A stretch of DNA of 64,000 bases from Candidatus Latescibacterota bacterium. Its GTDB lineage: Bacteria > Latescibacterota > UBA2968 > UBA8231. The stretch's first letter is position 1; each line of letters starts with the position of its first letter. The translations under genes and the position numbers were made by a program. Under the pieces are notes generated by a model. That model worked only from the letters and a program-made list of their open reading frames with translations. It did not search any database and was not told the DNA's origin. This document shows, in pieces, positions 27,277-37,701 of the stretch. The stretch is taken from the NCBI GenBank assembly GCA_965223905.1, contig CBDCXV010000001.1, forward strand, positions 1,344,001-1,408,000. The letters are read 5' to 3'.

Positions 27277-28476
27277 TCACGGTTGCATGCCGCCGGGCGC
27301 CGTCGCAACCGTCGGCCGGTACCCCACACTGGCGTATTCGGCGGCACGGGGGCGGTACGAACCATCGAATTCCGGATCCGGGGCGTCGAACACATTCGCC
27401 TCGACGGACACGGTACTGCGCAGATCGTCCACTTCACCGTTGATGAAGCATCCGATGACTCTGCTCCCGTCCAGGATGTCCAGCTCGTACCGAGGTCCAT
27501 GTGAGATTCCCCCGGAACGAACATTCATCCAGAAGATGGAATTGACATAACTGTTGCCGATCCCCTTGTCGTCAACGCCGTTCCAGTTGTCTGTGAAGGT
27601 GCAGTGACGCACCGAAACCCGTGATCCCGGAAAAACCGTGAGTACCCCGGATCCGTTTTCCTTGTTGTATTCGGACCCTTCCCAACGCCCGATGTAGTCG
27701 AGTCCGGTGTTGGCGATGTTGCCGACGAACAGGCAGTTCTCGATAACGGCGGAGCTCCGTGGCAGCAGATCCACGGCCGATCCGGTGACTTGGCAGCGGT
27801 TGCCGCGGAACACGCAGTTCCTGAGCACCACCGATTCCTCCCGGGAGCCCCTGTGTTCGATTGACACGCCACCGCCGCACGGGCTGGCGAAGTTGTCGTA
27901 CACCTCCACGTTCTCGATGGTGGGGTAGGACCTGCCGAAGATCTTGATGCCGCCGCCGTCACCGTAGAAGAAGATCCCCTTTACCCACCGCACCCCGTCG
28001 GTCGAGTCCGGTTGGATGGGGCCCGGCTCCTCCACCCTAGTCGCGAAGTTGTTGGCCCCGGTGATCCCAAACCCGGACAGAACCGTTCGCGGTGAAACCC
28101 CGTCGCCGAAATAGACCACGTGGTTGACGATAGCCGGAAAGCTCGGCGCGGACCTATCGGCGACGTCCGGGTTGGCCGCAGTCAGGACGACCGCGCCTAC
28201 AGCTTCCAGCCGAATGCCGTCGTGGCGGGCGTTGAACCAGATCATCGCCTGGCCGGGCCGGCCGGGCCGGTAGGTGCCGGCGTGGACCTTGACGACCTTG
28301 TGAGCGGGGTCCAAAGCCGCCGTTTCGAGGGCCGCCTGGATGTCCTGCCCGGGGTACACGTGGAAGCTCCCGTCCGGTCCGGGAACGAATCCGGACCGGA
28401 CGTTCTCTCCACACCCCCACCCGACCACGAGCACACCGGCGGCGGCGATGGAGACTGCTCTGGCGATGAGACCCAT
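27277..28476 (-). CDS. Right-handed parallel beta-helix lipoprotein
   Basis: Lipobox GWGC; IQAALE, VKVHAGTY, GGGI, NCVFRGN, NCLFVGN, HCTFTDN. True start is 28476 or 28527; the longer track ORF reads through the IS remnant. Confidence 0.75.
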   Translation of the reverse strand: MGLIARAVSIAAAGVLVVGWGCGENVRSGFVPGPDGSFHVYPGQDIQAALETAALDPAHKVVKVHAGTYRPGRPGQAMIWFNARHDGIRLEAVGAVVLTAANPDVADRSAPSFPAIVNHVVYFGDGVSPRTVLSGFGITGANNFATRVEEPGPIQPDSTDGVRWVKGIFFYGDGGGIKIFGRSYPTIENVEVYDNFASPCGGGVSIEHRGSREESVVLRNCVFRGNRCQVTGSAVDLLPRSSAVIENCLFVGNIANTGLDYIGRWEGSEYNKENGSGVLTVFPGSRVSVRHCTFTDNWNGVDDKGIGNSYVNSIFWMNVRSGGISHGPRYELDILDGSRVIGCFINGEVDDLRSTVSVEANVFDAPDPEFDGSYRPRAAEYASVGYRPTVATAPGGMQP

Positions 28477-28779
28477 CCTACCCGGCCCGGTGCCGGACCT
28501 CCCTACCGGTCTCGGCGCTGCGGTCATTGCGGACCGATGCTGAGCGCCCGTGCATCTCGTCCCTGGCTGCGTCCCAGCTTCGCTGCATGAAGACGACCAC
28601 GCCCAGTAATGTGTGTCTTCGCGCCCTGGAATCGTTTCTCCAGTCTCTCCTTGGCCTCCACGCTGCCGGCAGCGGCAGCGATATTGGTAACATAGGATAG
28701 GATGCTGTCGCATGAATAGGATATTCGACTTTGCAGCGCTGGCTGACCTTCGCTCGTTCCGGCTCTCGTGCGGTCGGTG

Positions 28780-29195
28780 AAGCTGATGAAGTTTCTCCTC
28801 CGACCACTGAATACCCGCGCAATGTGGATCGCTCTCGCCCTTCAGAAAACCGACCACCTGTACCAAGGCATACTTCGGAGGAATCGAGATCAGCACCTGC
28901 ACGTGGTCCGGCAGCAGATGACCCTCCTCTATACGACATGCCTTCTGCCGAGCCAATTCGTGGAACACCTCCCCCAATTCGCGGCGTAATTGCCCATACA
29001 GAACCTTCCGCCGACACTTGGGAATCTACACCAGGTGAAATTTGCACTCCCACACCGAATGCCGGAACCTTGAAACGTCGTTCATCGGAGCCTTCCTTCT
29101 CGTTGAACTTTGAGCGGTTCACAGGAGGAAGGCTCTTTGCTATTCCCGCAACTGTCTTACTCTGGGAGTCCCCCGGCAGAGCCGGGCGCTTACCC
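28780..29195 (-). mobile_element. tnpA: Degenerate IS200/IS605-family element (left end plus truncated tnpA)
   Basis: From ATG 29085: MNDVSRFRHSVWECKFHLV*IPKCRRKVLYGQLRRELGEVFHELARQK...PDHVQVLISIPPKY...KG, then a frameshift to IHIARVFSGRRRNF. Premature TAG, HUH motif changed to DHVQ, C-terminus lost. Subterminal hairpin CCCGGC-TCT-GCCGGG near 29171-29187. Confidence 0.9.
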
Positions 29196-29303
29196 AGAGT
29201 GGCTACGTCCTGCCGTGGAATTGACCTGCCCTACCGAGGATTGGAGCTGTGACCCTTCTCCGCCACGATTGCTGAGCAAGGATTTGTTTTGTAAGGAGAT
29301 GTC

Positions 29304-30092
29304 ATGCCTAGCGAACACAACACCGTATTAGCTCCTGTCACCGACCACGGCGCCAGAATTGCCATGTGGATCGGTAGTTGGCAAGACAATATGCCGGTAA
29401 AGGGCCACGGTTCTATGATTGAGAACCCCATATTGCGCCCCGGCGATCCCGAAAATCCTCCCGCCCCTGGAGCGGTCTTGAAGTGGGCTAGCAGATTCCA
29501 TCGGGCGCAGCTGGAACCGGGTGCCTGGACCCCTCCTATCATCCACGAGGATGAGCAGGAGGTGCTCTATGTTGTCAGAGGGCAGGGGATGTTTCGATCT
29601 GGCACTCGGAGGGAAACCATCGACCCCGGTCTGGCCATCCTCATACCTGCCGGTGTTCCTCATGAGCTAGGGAACACATCCACCACCTCTCCTCTGGAGG
29701 TCCTCTGGCTTGCCGAGCAACTCGACGAGGGGGTCTCTCCGGCGCAAGAATTGATCATAAGGGATACCCGGAAGTTGCCAATCGTAGTCGGAGCGCATTG
29801 GGTACACGTTGGAAGGACCGTCTTTTCCCAGGACGACGGTTTGACAAAGATCCACTCCGTCAATATCGCGACCATTCCCGCCATGAGCATCGCGGAACCC
29901 CATTCTCATGGGATTGATCAGGAAGAAGTCTGGTATCAGATAAACGGCACCAGTTATATGTTTCTTGGCCGCACCCTTCGGCTACAACAGGAAGGTACGG
30001 CCTTTGTGATCCCACCGGACGGGTATACTCCACACAGCACCATCAACACCAGCAACAACCCGGTGGATTTTTTCTTTTTCGCGCACTGGTGA
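29304..30092 (+). CDS. Bicupin protein
   Basis: HEDEQEVLYVVRGQG...IPAGVPH and PHSHGIDQEEVW...PHS; AAGGAG RBS. Confidence 0.85.
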   Translation: MPSEHNTVLAPVTDHGARIAMWIGSWQDNMPVKGHGSMIENPILRPGDPENPPAPGAVLKWASRFHRAQLEPGAWTPPIIHEDEQEVLYVVRGQGMFRSGTRRETIDPGLAILIPAGVPHELGNTSTTSPLEVLWLAEQLDEGVSPAQELIIRDTRKLPIVVGAHWVHVGRTVFSQDDGLTKIHSVNIATIPAMSIAEPHSHGIDQEEVWYQINGTSYMFLGRTLRLQQEGTAFVIPPDGYTPHSTINTSNNPVDFFFFAHW

Positions 30093-30108
30093 GGCGCTGC
30101 GCTGTACT

Positions 30109-31842
30109 GTGATCATCCGTTTCCACTGGTTGGCAATGTTGTTGGGAATGGGCGTTTCCCCCGGGTTGGGCAGGGCCGCGGCCCCACCCGTGTCTTCCAC
30201 GGCGATCCGGCTCGTCGACGTGGCGGAGGAGGCCGGCATCGACTTCCGGCACGAGAACGGGGCGAGTGGCCGCAAGTACCTCCCCGAGACCATGGCCGCG
30301 GGAGTCGGGTTCTTCGACTATGACGGGGACGGCGACCTGGATGCCTACCTCCTGAACGGTGCCCCGCTGCCCGGACACGAGGAAGCAGAGGCGCCGGTCA
30401 ACGCCCTCTACCGCAATACCGACGGCGGTTTCGTCGATGCGAGCGCGGCGGCCGGAGTCGATGACACGGGGTATGGGATGGGCTGCGCTGCGGCGGACTA
30501 CGACAACGACGGTGATCTCGACCTCTACCTGACCAATTTCGGAGCCAACGTCCTGTACCGAAATGAGGGGAACGGCCGGTTTTCAGAAGTCACGAAACGG
30601 GCGGCTGTCGAGGATACAAGTTGGAGCACGGGTGTGGTCTTCCTCGACTACGACAACGACGGCGACCTCGACCTCTACGTCGTCAACTACGTGCTCTTCG
30701 ACCTCGCCTCGAGCGACACGGATCTGAAACCCTACCTCATGTCCGAAACCGAGGTCGACAGGGACATCAAGGGCTATCCCCATCCTGGCAATTACCCCGG
30801 CGCGCCGGATGGCTTCTTCCGCAACGAAGGAGATGGGCGCTTCGCCGACGCGACGGCAGCGGCTGGACTCGTCGACACCGTGGCGACGGAGGGCAGGGGG
30901 CTCGGCATCGTCGCCACCGACTATAACAGCGACGGCTATGTGGACGTGTACGTCGCCAATGACGCAGTGCGCAATTTCCTCTACCACAACAACGGGGACG
31001 GAAGCTTCGCCGAGATTGGCGCGGTTTCCGGCGTGGCTTATGGACAGGACGGCCAGAAAGAAGCGGGGATGGGTGTCGATGCCGGCGATTTCAACGCCGA
31101 CGGGAGGATAGACCTGGTCGTCACCAACTTCGACCGCGAGCCTACCGGCCTTCACGAAAACGAGGGGATCGGTTATTTCCGAAACGCGTCGTATGCCACG
31201 GGCGTGGGGTCGGCCAGCCTCAGGTACCTGTCGTTCGGGACTGGTTTTCTCGACTACGACAACGACGGGTTTGAGGATCTGTTCGTCGCCAACGGACACG
31301 TCCTCGACAATATCGGGTTGTTCGATCAATCAACAACGTATGAACAGGACCATCTCCTGCTCCACAACCTCGGCCCGGACGAAGGAGGTTGTTTCCGATT
31401 CGAGGATGTATCCCGGGTCGTCGTTGCCAGGAAAAGCCCGAGTCGTGGCTGTGCCTTCGGCGATTACGACGATGACGGCGACACCGACATCCTGGTAACG
31501 AACTGCGGGGAGCGGGCCGACCTGCTCCGCAACGACGGTGGTAATGCCGCCAACTGGCTGACCCTGAAACTGGTGGGGGTTGGGAGCAACCGGGACGGCA
31601 TCGGAGCCAGGATCACCGTCCAGGCCGGCGACCTCTCGCGGGTAAGGGAGGTCAAGGGCAGTTACAGTTATCTGTCCCAGAGCGACCTGCGGGTGAGTTT
31701 CGGACTCGGGAGTCGAACCCGGGTCGATGCAATCCAAATCGCCTGGCCAGGCGGCGACATCGAGCACATTGGCGCCGTCAAGGCCAACCAGTTTCTCGCC
31801 ATCGTCGAGGGACGCGGCGTCGCCAAGACAGGAGAGAACTGA
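30109..31842 (+). CDS. CRTAC1-family protein (FG-GAP repeats plus ASPIC/UnbV)
   Basis: Repeated DYDNDGDLDLY motifs; SNRDGIGARI, YLSQSDLRVSFGLG. Confidence 0.92.
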   Translation: MIIRFHWLAMLLGMGVSPGLGRAAAPPVSSTAIRLVDVAEEAGIDFRHENGASGRKYLPETMAAGVGFFDYDGDGDLDAYLLNGAPLPGHEEAEAPVNALYRNTDGGFVDASAAAGVDDTGYGMGCAAADYDNDGDLDLYLTNFGANVLYRNEGNGRFSEVTKRAAVEDTSWSTGVVFLDYDNDGDLDLYVVNYVLFDLASSDTDLKPYLMSETEVDRDIKGYPHPGNYPGAPDGFFRNEGDGRFADATAAAGLVDTVATEGRGLGIVATDYNSDGYVDVYVANDAVRNFLYHNNGDGSFAEIGAVSGVAYGQDGQKEAGMGVDAGDFNADGRIDLVVTNFDREPTGLHENEGIGYFRNASYATGVGSASLRYLSFGTGFLDYDNDGFEDLFVANGHVLDNIGLFDQSTTYEQDHLLLHNLGPDEGGCFRFEDVSRVVVARKSPSRGCAFGDYDDDGDTDILVTNCGERADLLRNDGGNAANWLTLKLVGVGSNRDGIGARITVQAGDLSRVREVKGSYSYLSQSDLRVSFGLGSRTRVDAIQIAWPGGDIEHIGAVKANQFLAIVEGRGVAKTGEN

Positions 31843-31925
31843 ATGAACCGAACCCGGAACTGCGTCGATAGGCAGCAATCGCGATCGCACCACGAGCGTC
31901 GGGCAACGGCCGAGAGGAGTCCCGC

Positions 31926-33071
31926 ATGACCGCTGAGACTGAAGAAAACGCAGACCGTCCGGCGCGGCCGTACGCCAAGGTCACCTCGATACGGCCGGTG
32001 GTGAGGGACGGCTGGTACAACGCCTGGACCGACCTGATCTGGTGGAAGCAGTATTTCTGGCTGGCCCATTTTCGCGGCCTCTCGCACGGGCTGGCGCGCA
32101 ACACCACGGGCCGCATCGCCGGCAACACCTTCTCCGTCATCCTGCGTTCGGCCGACCTGCGCCGCTGGCACGAGGCCCAGGTGTTCGAGCCGCCGGGCGG
32201 GATTGTCGACGGCAGCGGCGTCGACACCGCCCACTTCTGCGCCACCGAAGAGCGGCTCTACGCCTTCTTCCGCGTCGTGACCCCAAGACCGGAAGGGGGC
32301 GCACAGAATCGCAGTTTCGTCTCCTCGACGGCCGACGGGGTGCGCTGGTCGGAGCCGGAGGCGCTGACCGTCGGCGGCTTCCGTCCCTATACCTGGCGGG
32401 TGCGCTACCGCGAAGGGCGCTTCTACTGCGCCCTCCACTACCTCCGGGAGGGAACGCCCTTCGACCTGATCGTCAGCGACGACGGCGTCAACTGGAGCAG
32501 GCACGGCGAGATCGCCGCGGCCGGCGAGCACGGCTGCAGCGAGGAATCGGAACTGCACTGGCGGCCGGACGGCGAGCTCTGGTGCGTCGTGCGCACCGAC
32601 CGCGCGGTATTGTACTGCTCCCGGCCGCCGTACAACGACTGGGAGAAGGCGCTCGACATCAAGGAAGGCTGCGACGCCCCGGTGATCTGCGAGTCCGGCG
32701 GCCGCGTCTACCTGGCGGGCCGCTGCGCCGGATCGAGCGCGGGGGAGCCGGGGCCGGACGGCGCCATGCCGTTCGCCCTGCAGAACACCTTCAGTCACCT
32801 CGAGAGCCCGTTCATCCGCTCCGGCACCACCGGACTCTACAGGCTGTCACGCGAGCGCGCCGAGCTGCTGGTGCTGATGCCGCCTTCCTTCGACGCCTCC
32901 TATCCCGGCCTCGTCTCGCTGGAGCCGGGAAAGCTGGTCATGTCCTACTACTCCGACGTCGCCTACGCCTCCGGTGAGGTGCGCCCCCGGCATTTTCCCG
33001 AGTACCGCTACAAGGAGTCGGAGAGCGACATCTACATCGCCGAGATCGAAGTGGGAGAGCATCCCGAATAG
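31926..33071 (+). CDS. Sialidase-like beta-propeller protein
   Basis: Asp-box motifs SADLRRW, STADGVRW, SDDGVNW; DASYPG and SYYS motifs. Confidence 0.75.
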   Translation: MTAETEENADRPARPYAKVTSIRPVVRDGWYNAWTDLIWWKQYFWLAHFRGLSHGLARNTTGRIAGNTFSVILRSADLRRWHEAQVFEPPGGIVDGSGVDTAHFCATEERLYAFFRVVTPRPEGGAQNRSFVSSTADGVRWSEPEALTVGGFRPYTWRVRYREGRFYCALHYLREGTPFDLIVSDDGVNWSRHGEIAAAGEHGCSEESELHWRPDGELWCVVRTDRAVLYCSRPPYNDWEKALDIKEGCDAPVICESGGRVYLAGRCAGSSAGEPGPDGAMPFALQNTFSHLESPFIRSGTTGLYRLSRERAELLVLMPPSFDASYPGLVSLEPGKLVMSYYSDVAYASGEVRPRHFPEYRYKESESDIYIAEIEVGEHPE

Positions 33072-33144
33072 GAGCCGCCTGCCGCCAGGGGTTGCGGCCG
33101 GCGGCTTCCCCGAGAAGCCCCTTTCAAAACCAGGACGGACAGCA

Positions 33145-34233
33145 ATGGTCGAGCCGAAGAATACCCCCGACGTAAGGCAGGTCGAGCGCCTGACGGAAAG
33201 CCGGATAGCCGATTTCAAGCGGGACGGATACCTCGTTCTCCCGGGGGTCCTCGACCCGGAGCTGTGCCGCCGGGCCCGGGACGAGATGTGGGAGGCGATC
33301 GGCGAGGGGCTCCCGCGCATGAAGCGGAACGACTCCTCGACGTGGGGACCGGTCACCGGGGAGGAGAGCGAGAGGCTGGCGGCGAACCGGCCTTCAGCGG
33401 GCGGCGATCTTTTCTTCAGCGGCAAGGGCCACCGCTTTACGGTCCGCAACGGCACCGGGGACACCCTCCTCGACCTGGTGCCGCGGGCGTTGTGGCAGGT
33501 CGCCGGGCAACTCCTCGGGGAGGGCACGGTGGTGTGGCCTGCGGGGCTCGACGAGTCGGGGACCGCGACCGGCCCCTGCTTCATGTGCGACGACGCGGTG
33601 GGCGGGCTGGTCAGCCACACGGGCGGCGACATGGGCTGGCCGCGGCAGGGGACCTTCACCACCGAGGAGCTGCGCCTGCCGGCGACCGGACCGGTGTGGC
33701 TCAACGGGCAGGGGACCCGCGGCCTGTACTGCACCCTGTCCGGCAGCCCTGCGCACACCGCCGACTACCGCAGCGCCCATTCCGACGGCCCCTGCTACAG
33801 CCGCTTCCGCCTGCAGGTTTCGGCCTACATCGACGATCTGCCTCCGGCCTGCGGCGGCTTCACCGTGTGGCCGGGAAGCCACGCGAGGATCTGGCCGGAG
33901 CAGTGGAAGGCCTTCCACGAAGGAGAGAAGCACACCGACAAGCACCTGCCGGTGCGCAAGGCGGGAGGCTACACCGATCCCGTCATCGGGGAGATCAAGA
34001 CCGACACCGAGCCGGTCGACTGCCACGGGCCGGCCGGCACCACGGTGCTGTGGCACACCAAGATTCTGCACATCCCCGGACAGAACCGGTCCGCCGACGT
34101 CATCCGCCAGGCGACGATCTACGGTTTCCTGAAATCGGCCGAGTCCGTTCCCGACGCGCTCGCAGTCGACAACGCCGGCGGCGACATCTGGCGGGACTGG
34201 TCCGACGAGGTGCGCGGGATTCGGGCGGCGTAG
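33145..34233 (+). CDS. Phytanoyl-CoA dioxygenase (PhyH) family Fe/2OG oxygenase
   Basis: FKRDGYLVLPGVL, AHSD (HxD), GGFTVWPGSH, distal LH and IR. Confidence 0.85.
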   Translation: MVEPKNTPDVRQVERLTESRIADFKRDGYLVLPGVLDPELCRRARDEMWEAIGEGLPRMKRNDSSTWGPVTGEESERLAANRPSAGGDLFFSGKGHRFTVRNGTGDTLLDLVPRALWQVAGQLLGEGTVVWPAGLDESGTATGPCFMCDDAVGGLVSHTGGDMGWPRQGTFTTEELRLPATGPVWLNGQGTRGLYCTLSGSPAHTADYRSAHSDGPCYSRFRLQVSAYIDDLPPACGGFTVWPGSHARIWPEQWKAFHEGEKHTDKHLPVRKAGGYTDPVIGEIKTDTEPVDCHGPAGTTVLWHTKILHIPGQNRSADVIRQATIYGFLKSAESVPDALAVDNAGGDIWRDWSDEVRGIRAA

Positions 34234-34331
34234 CGCAACTAGGCGGTCTGCACTCCGCACAAACCATTCCCATAGGGCCGGCCCATCGCAGCCCCTTCGC
34301 GCCGGTTCTCATTCGTCCTCGAGGCCCCCGA

Positions 34332-35216
34332 TTACTCCGGGACCTCCCCGATGCCCGCCAGCCTGGCCTTTGCCTCGGAGTAGACGTCCGTGGGCAGGGG
34401 GCCTGCCAGGGCCGCGGCGATGTTGGCCTTCATGTGGTCGAGGCTGGTCGTGCCGACGATCGTCGTGTGACACGCCGGGTGCGTCAGGGTGAAGCGCAGG
34501 ACGAACGCATGGCGGCCCATCCCGCCGGCGAGCTCCTCGAGGCCGGCGCTCTCCCATATTATCTGGCGATCCTCGTGGGCCCGGTGCCCGAGGCCGATGC
34601 CGCCGCGGATGAGAATGCCGGCCCCGGCATCGGCGGCATCCTGAATCATCCGTTCGTGCCGGCGCTCGAGAGCGGAATACGGGACCTGGAAGGTGTCGAA
34701 GACCCCCGTCGCTGCAAACGCCGGAAGGTCAGGCGCCGTGGAAGAGACCCCGATGAAGCGGGTCTTCCCCGCCCGGCGGATCTCCGCGAGTGCTTCGGCC
34801 AACCCCCCCTTCTCGACCTCTTCCACAGTGGGGTTGTGCATCTGCAGCAGATCGACGCGGTCCGTCCTCAGGCGGCGCAGGCTCTGGTCGATGTTGGCAT
34901 GCAGGCGGTCGGCGGTCCACAGGTGTCCCGGCTCCAGCCTGTTTCCTCCGAGGTCGATGTTGCAGCCGCACTTGGTGGCGAGGAAGAACTCGTCGCGGCG
35001 ATGGCCGACGTACTTGCCGATCCGCTCCTCGCTGGCGCCGTAGTCCGGGGCGGTGTCGACGAGGTTGATCCCGGCGTCGAGGGCGGCGTTCAATACGGCG
35101 CCGGCCTGGTCATCGTAGTCGGCCGAGTCCGGCAGGCCGCGCTCCCCGGCCCCGAAGCCGAGCTGCGAGACCTCGAAGCCGGTGCGTCCAAGCAGTCGTT
35201 TGGTCAGATCGTCCAT
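34332..35216 (-). CDS. Aldo/keto reductase
   Basis: LGRTGFEVSQLGFG, DTAPDYGASE, SLRRLRTDRVDLLQMH. Confidence 0.93.
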   Translation of the reverse strand: MDDLTKRLLGRTGFEVSQLGFGAGERGLPDSADYDDQAGAVLNAALDAGINLVDTAPDYGASEERIGKYVGHRRDEFFLATKCGCNIDLGGNRLEPGHLWTADRLHANIDQSLRRLRTDRVDLLQMHNPTVEEVEKGGLAEALAEIRRAGKTRFIGVSSTAPDLPAFAATGVFDTFQVPYSALERRHERMIQDAADAGAGILIRGGIGLGHRAHEDRQIIWESAGLEELAGGMGRHAFVLRFTLTHPACHTTIVGTTSLDHMKANIAAALAGPLPTDVYSEAKARLAGIGEVPE

Positions 35217-35385
35217 TGTTTCTTTCCTTGGCAGGTGTTGGTCCGCCCGTAAAGATTGGGGTCCCCGGACAGGTCATCAACTCCCGGGGGCTCGCCCCTC
35301 GGGAGCGCAGGCGGCCCTGGTTCAACAGCGAATCGGAAAACCGGCAGCATCCGGCCGGGCCCCGTTCACACTGGGAGATGCGAGC

Positions 35386-36387
35386 ATGAGGTTGGGAATC
35401 GCCGGCGTGCACTACGGTCACATCGGCGGCATGGTGCGCTCGGCGCGCGACGCCGCCAATACCGAGATCGTCGGCCTGGTCGAGGGGGAAGACACCCTCT
35501 ACGAGCAGTACACGCAGGAGTCGCCGATCCCTCGCTACGGCTCGCTGGAGGAGATGCTGTCCGAAGCCGCTCCGGACATCGTCCTGGAGGGGCTCGCCCA
35601 TCACGAGAAGGTGCCGGCGATCCAATCCTGCGCCAAGGCCGGGGTCCACCTGTATCTCGACAAGCCGCTCTGCCGCACCCTGGAGGAGTGGAGCCGCATC
35701 CGCCGCGCCGTCGAGGCCGGCGGCATCCGCCTCACCATGAACTACACGTCGCGGAGCCACCCGCCTTTCATCGCCCTCCGCGAGGCGGTGCTGGCCGGGG
35801 AGCTCGGCGAGATCGTCAGCCTCATCTCGACGCACCCGCACCGGCTGTGCGCCTCCGCGCCCGACTTCTACTTCGATCCGCAGCGCTACGTCGGCACCTT
35901 CAGCGACGTCGCCAGCCACGGCGTCGACCAGGTGCGATGGCTGACCGGAGCCGAGTGCGTCGGCGTGCACGCATACGGGACGAGGAGCGGAAAACACCGG
36001 CCCCCCCGCCGCTTCGAGATGGACCACGTCCAGGCGTCCTACCAGCTCAGCTCGGGAGCCGGCGCCGTGATTACCGCGGACTGGCTCACCCCCGAGGACT
36101 CCCCTTCCTTCGGCGACACCCGCTTCATCATCATGGGCACCCGCGGCTCGGCCCACCTGCGCGCCTACGCGGGCGACGGGCTGCTCGTCGTCGCCGACGG
36201 CAAGGGGGCATACGAAGCGGACTTCTCCGGCAAGTCCCACGGCAACTTCGTCGAGAGCATGGTCTCCGCGTTCGCGAGGGACGAGGAGAACTTCATCTCC
36301 ACGGAGGACGTCCTGGCGGTCTCCAGGGCGACCATCACGGCGGAGGAGTCGGCGCGCCGGGGCGGGGAGTTCCTGAAGATCGAATAG
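35386..36387 (+). CDS. Gfo/Idh/MocA family oxidoreductase
   Basis: MRLGIAGVHYGH, HLYLDKP, DVASHGVD; GGGAG RBS. Confidence 0.88.
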   Translation: MRLGIAGVHYGHIGGMVRSARDAANTEIVGLVEGEDTLYEQYTQESPIPRYGSLEEMLSEAAPDIVLEGLAHHEKVPAIQSCAKAGVHLYLDKPLCRTLEEWSRIRRAVEAGGIRLTMNYTSRSHPPFIALREAVLAGELGEIVSLISTHPHRLCASAPDFYFDPQRYVGTFSDVASHGVDQVRWLTGAECVGVHAYGTRSGKHRPPRRFEMDHVQASYQLSSGAGAVITADWLTPEDSPSFGDTRFIIMGTRGSAHLRAYAGDGLLVVADGKGAYEADFSGKSHGNFVESMVSAFARDEENFISTEDVLAVSRATITAEESARRGGEFLKIE

Positions 36388-36555
36388 TGCGGCAGCTGGT
36401 CGCTTCCGATTGCCCAGCATCGCCGGCAAAGCCGACCTTTACCAGGAAGCCGCCGGAAGACGGGCAACCCGTCGTCATTTGAGCTCGAGTCGACAGCTGG
36501 CGATCACCCAACGAGGCGGCAACCCGCGAGCCATGCACCTGCCGGGAGAAATCCG

Positions 36556-37404
36556 ATGACATCACCGCACAGGATCGTCGATGCCCACATCCACGTCTGG
36601 ACCAACGACTTCGCCCGCTACCCGCTGGCCCCCGGGGTGAAGGAGGAGGACCTCTGGCTTCCCACCTTCACGCCGGAAGAGTACTTCAGGTACAGTCGCG
36701 CCGTCGGCGAGGTGCGCATCAACCTCGTCCAGATGATCTGGTACAAGACCGACCACAGCTACATCCTCGACCTGATCGCCGCCGACCCGGAGACCTTCGC
36801 CGGCACCGGGATTGTCGACCTCGACGACCCCGCACCGGACAGAACCATGCTCGAGCTCTCGAAGAAGGGATGCCATGCCTTTCGCGAGCCCCCCTCCGAG
36901 CTCGACCACCCGGCATACGGGAAGCTGTTCTCCACCGGCGCCGACCACGGGCTCGCCCTCAGCTTCAACATGGGCGTCGATCGGCTGCCCGCCCTCGACC
37001 GTCTCTGCACCCGCTACCCGGAGACCCCGGTGATTCTCGACCACGTCTGCCACGTCGGCATCAGGGAGGCGGACTACAGCGAGGAGGACCTCGAGGCCCT
37101 GCTCCGCTTCGCCAGGCACAGCAAGGTGATGGTCAAGATCGGACCGCTGCAGGCGCTGTGCTCCCGGCGCCCCCCCTACTTCGACGTGCTCCCCCTGATT
37201 CAACGCGTCGTCGAGGCCTACGGCGCCGAGCGCTGCATGTGGGAAAGCGACAGCGGGGGCCCGATCACCATGCAGGATCCGGTGACCGATTACCCCGCGG
37301 CGGTGGCCCTGATCCGCGACCACGCGAGCTTTCTCAGCCAGGCCGAGAAGGAGGCGATCCTCTGGGGGACCGCGGAAAGCTTCTTCTTCCGCGGGCTGGG
37401 CTGA
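36556..37404 (+). CDS. Amidohydrolase family 2 protein
   Basis: IVDAHIHVW, ILDH, RCMWESD. Confidence 0.9.
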   Translation: MTSPHRIVDAHIHVWTNDFARYPLAPGVKEEDLWLPTFTPEEYFRYSRAVGEVRINLVQMIWYKTDHSYILDLIAADPETFAGTGIVDLDDPAPDRTMLELSKKGCHAFREPPSELDHPAYGKLFSTGADHGLALSFNMGVDRLPALDRLCTRYPETPVILDHVCHVGIREADYSEEDLEALLRFARHSKVMVKIGPLQALCSRRPPYFDVLPLIQRVVEAYGAERCMWESDSGGPITMQDPVTDYPAAVALIRDHASFLSQAEKEAILWGTAESFFFRGLG

Positions 37405-37701
37405 GGAGCCGGAGGGCGCGCGGACAGTTCGCAGGGAGGCAGCTTCAGGGCAGTTGCGAAACGGAATTCGCGATCCCCGACCGAGGGTGACGGCCGCGTC
37501 CCGGATCGCGGCCAGGAAGTGGGTAGTGTCTCAGCCCGGAAGTGGAGATACGAGAGGTGCCGGCGTGGCGACAGACGATTCGGTCCCCTGCGGCCTCAGA
37601 TCCAGGGGCACCAGTTTCCGTCTTCCAGGCGGACCCCACAGGCACTGCGGATCAAAGAACCGAGGCCATCACCGAGGCTCCAACCGTAACAGGTAACCGT
37701 C

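Noticed and set aside
33264-35252. 662 aa plus-strand ORF
   Set aside because: Off-frame of the PhyH gene and antisense to the aldo/keto reductase; no domain signal.
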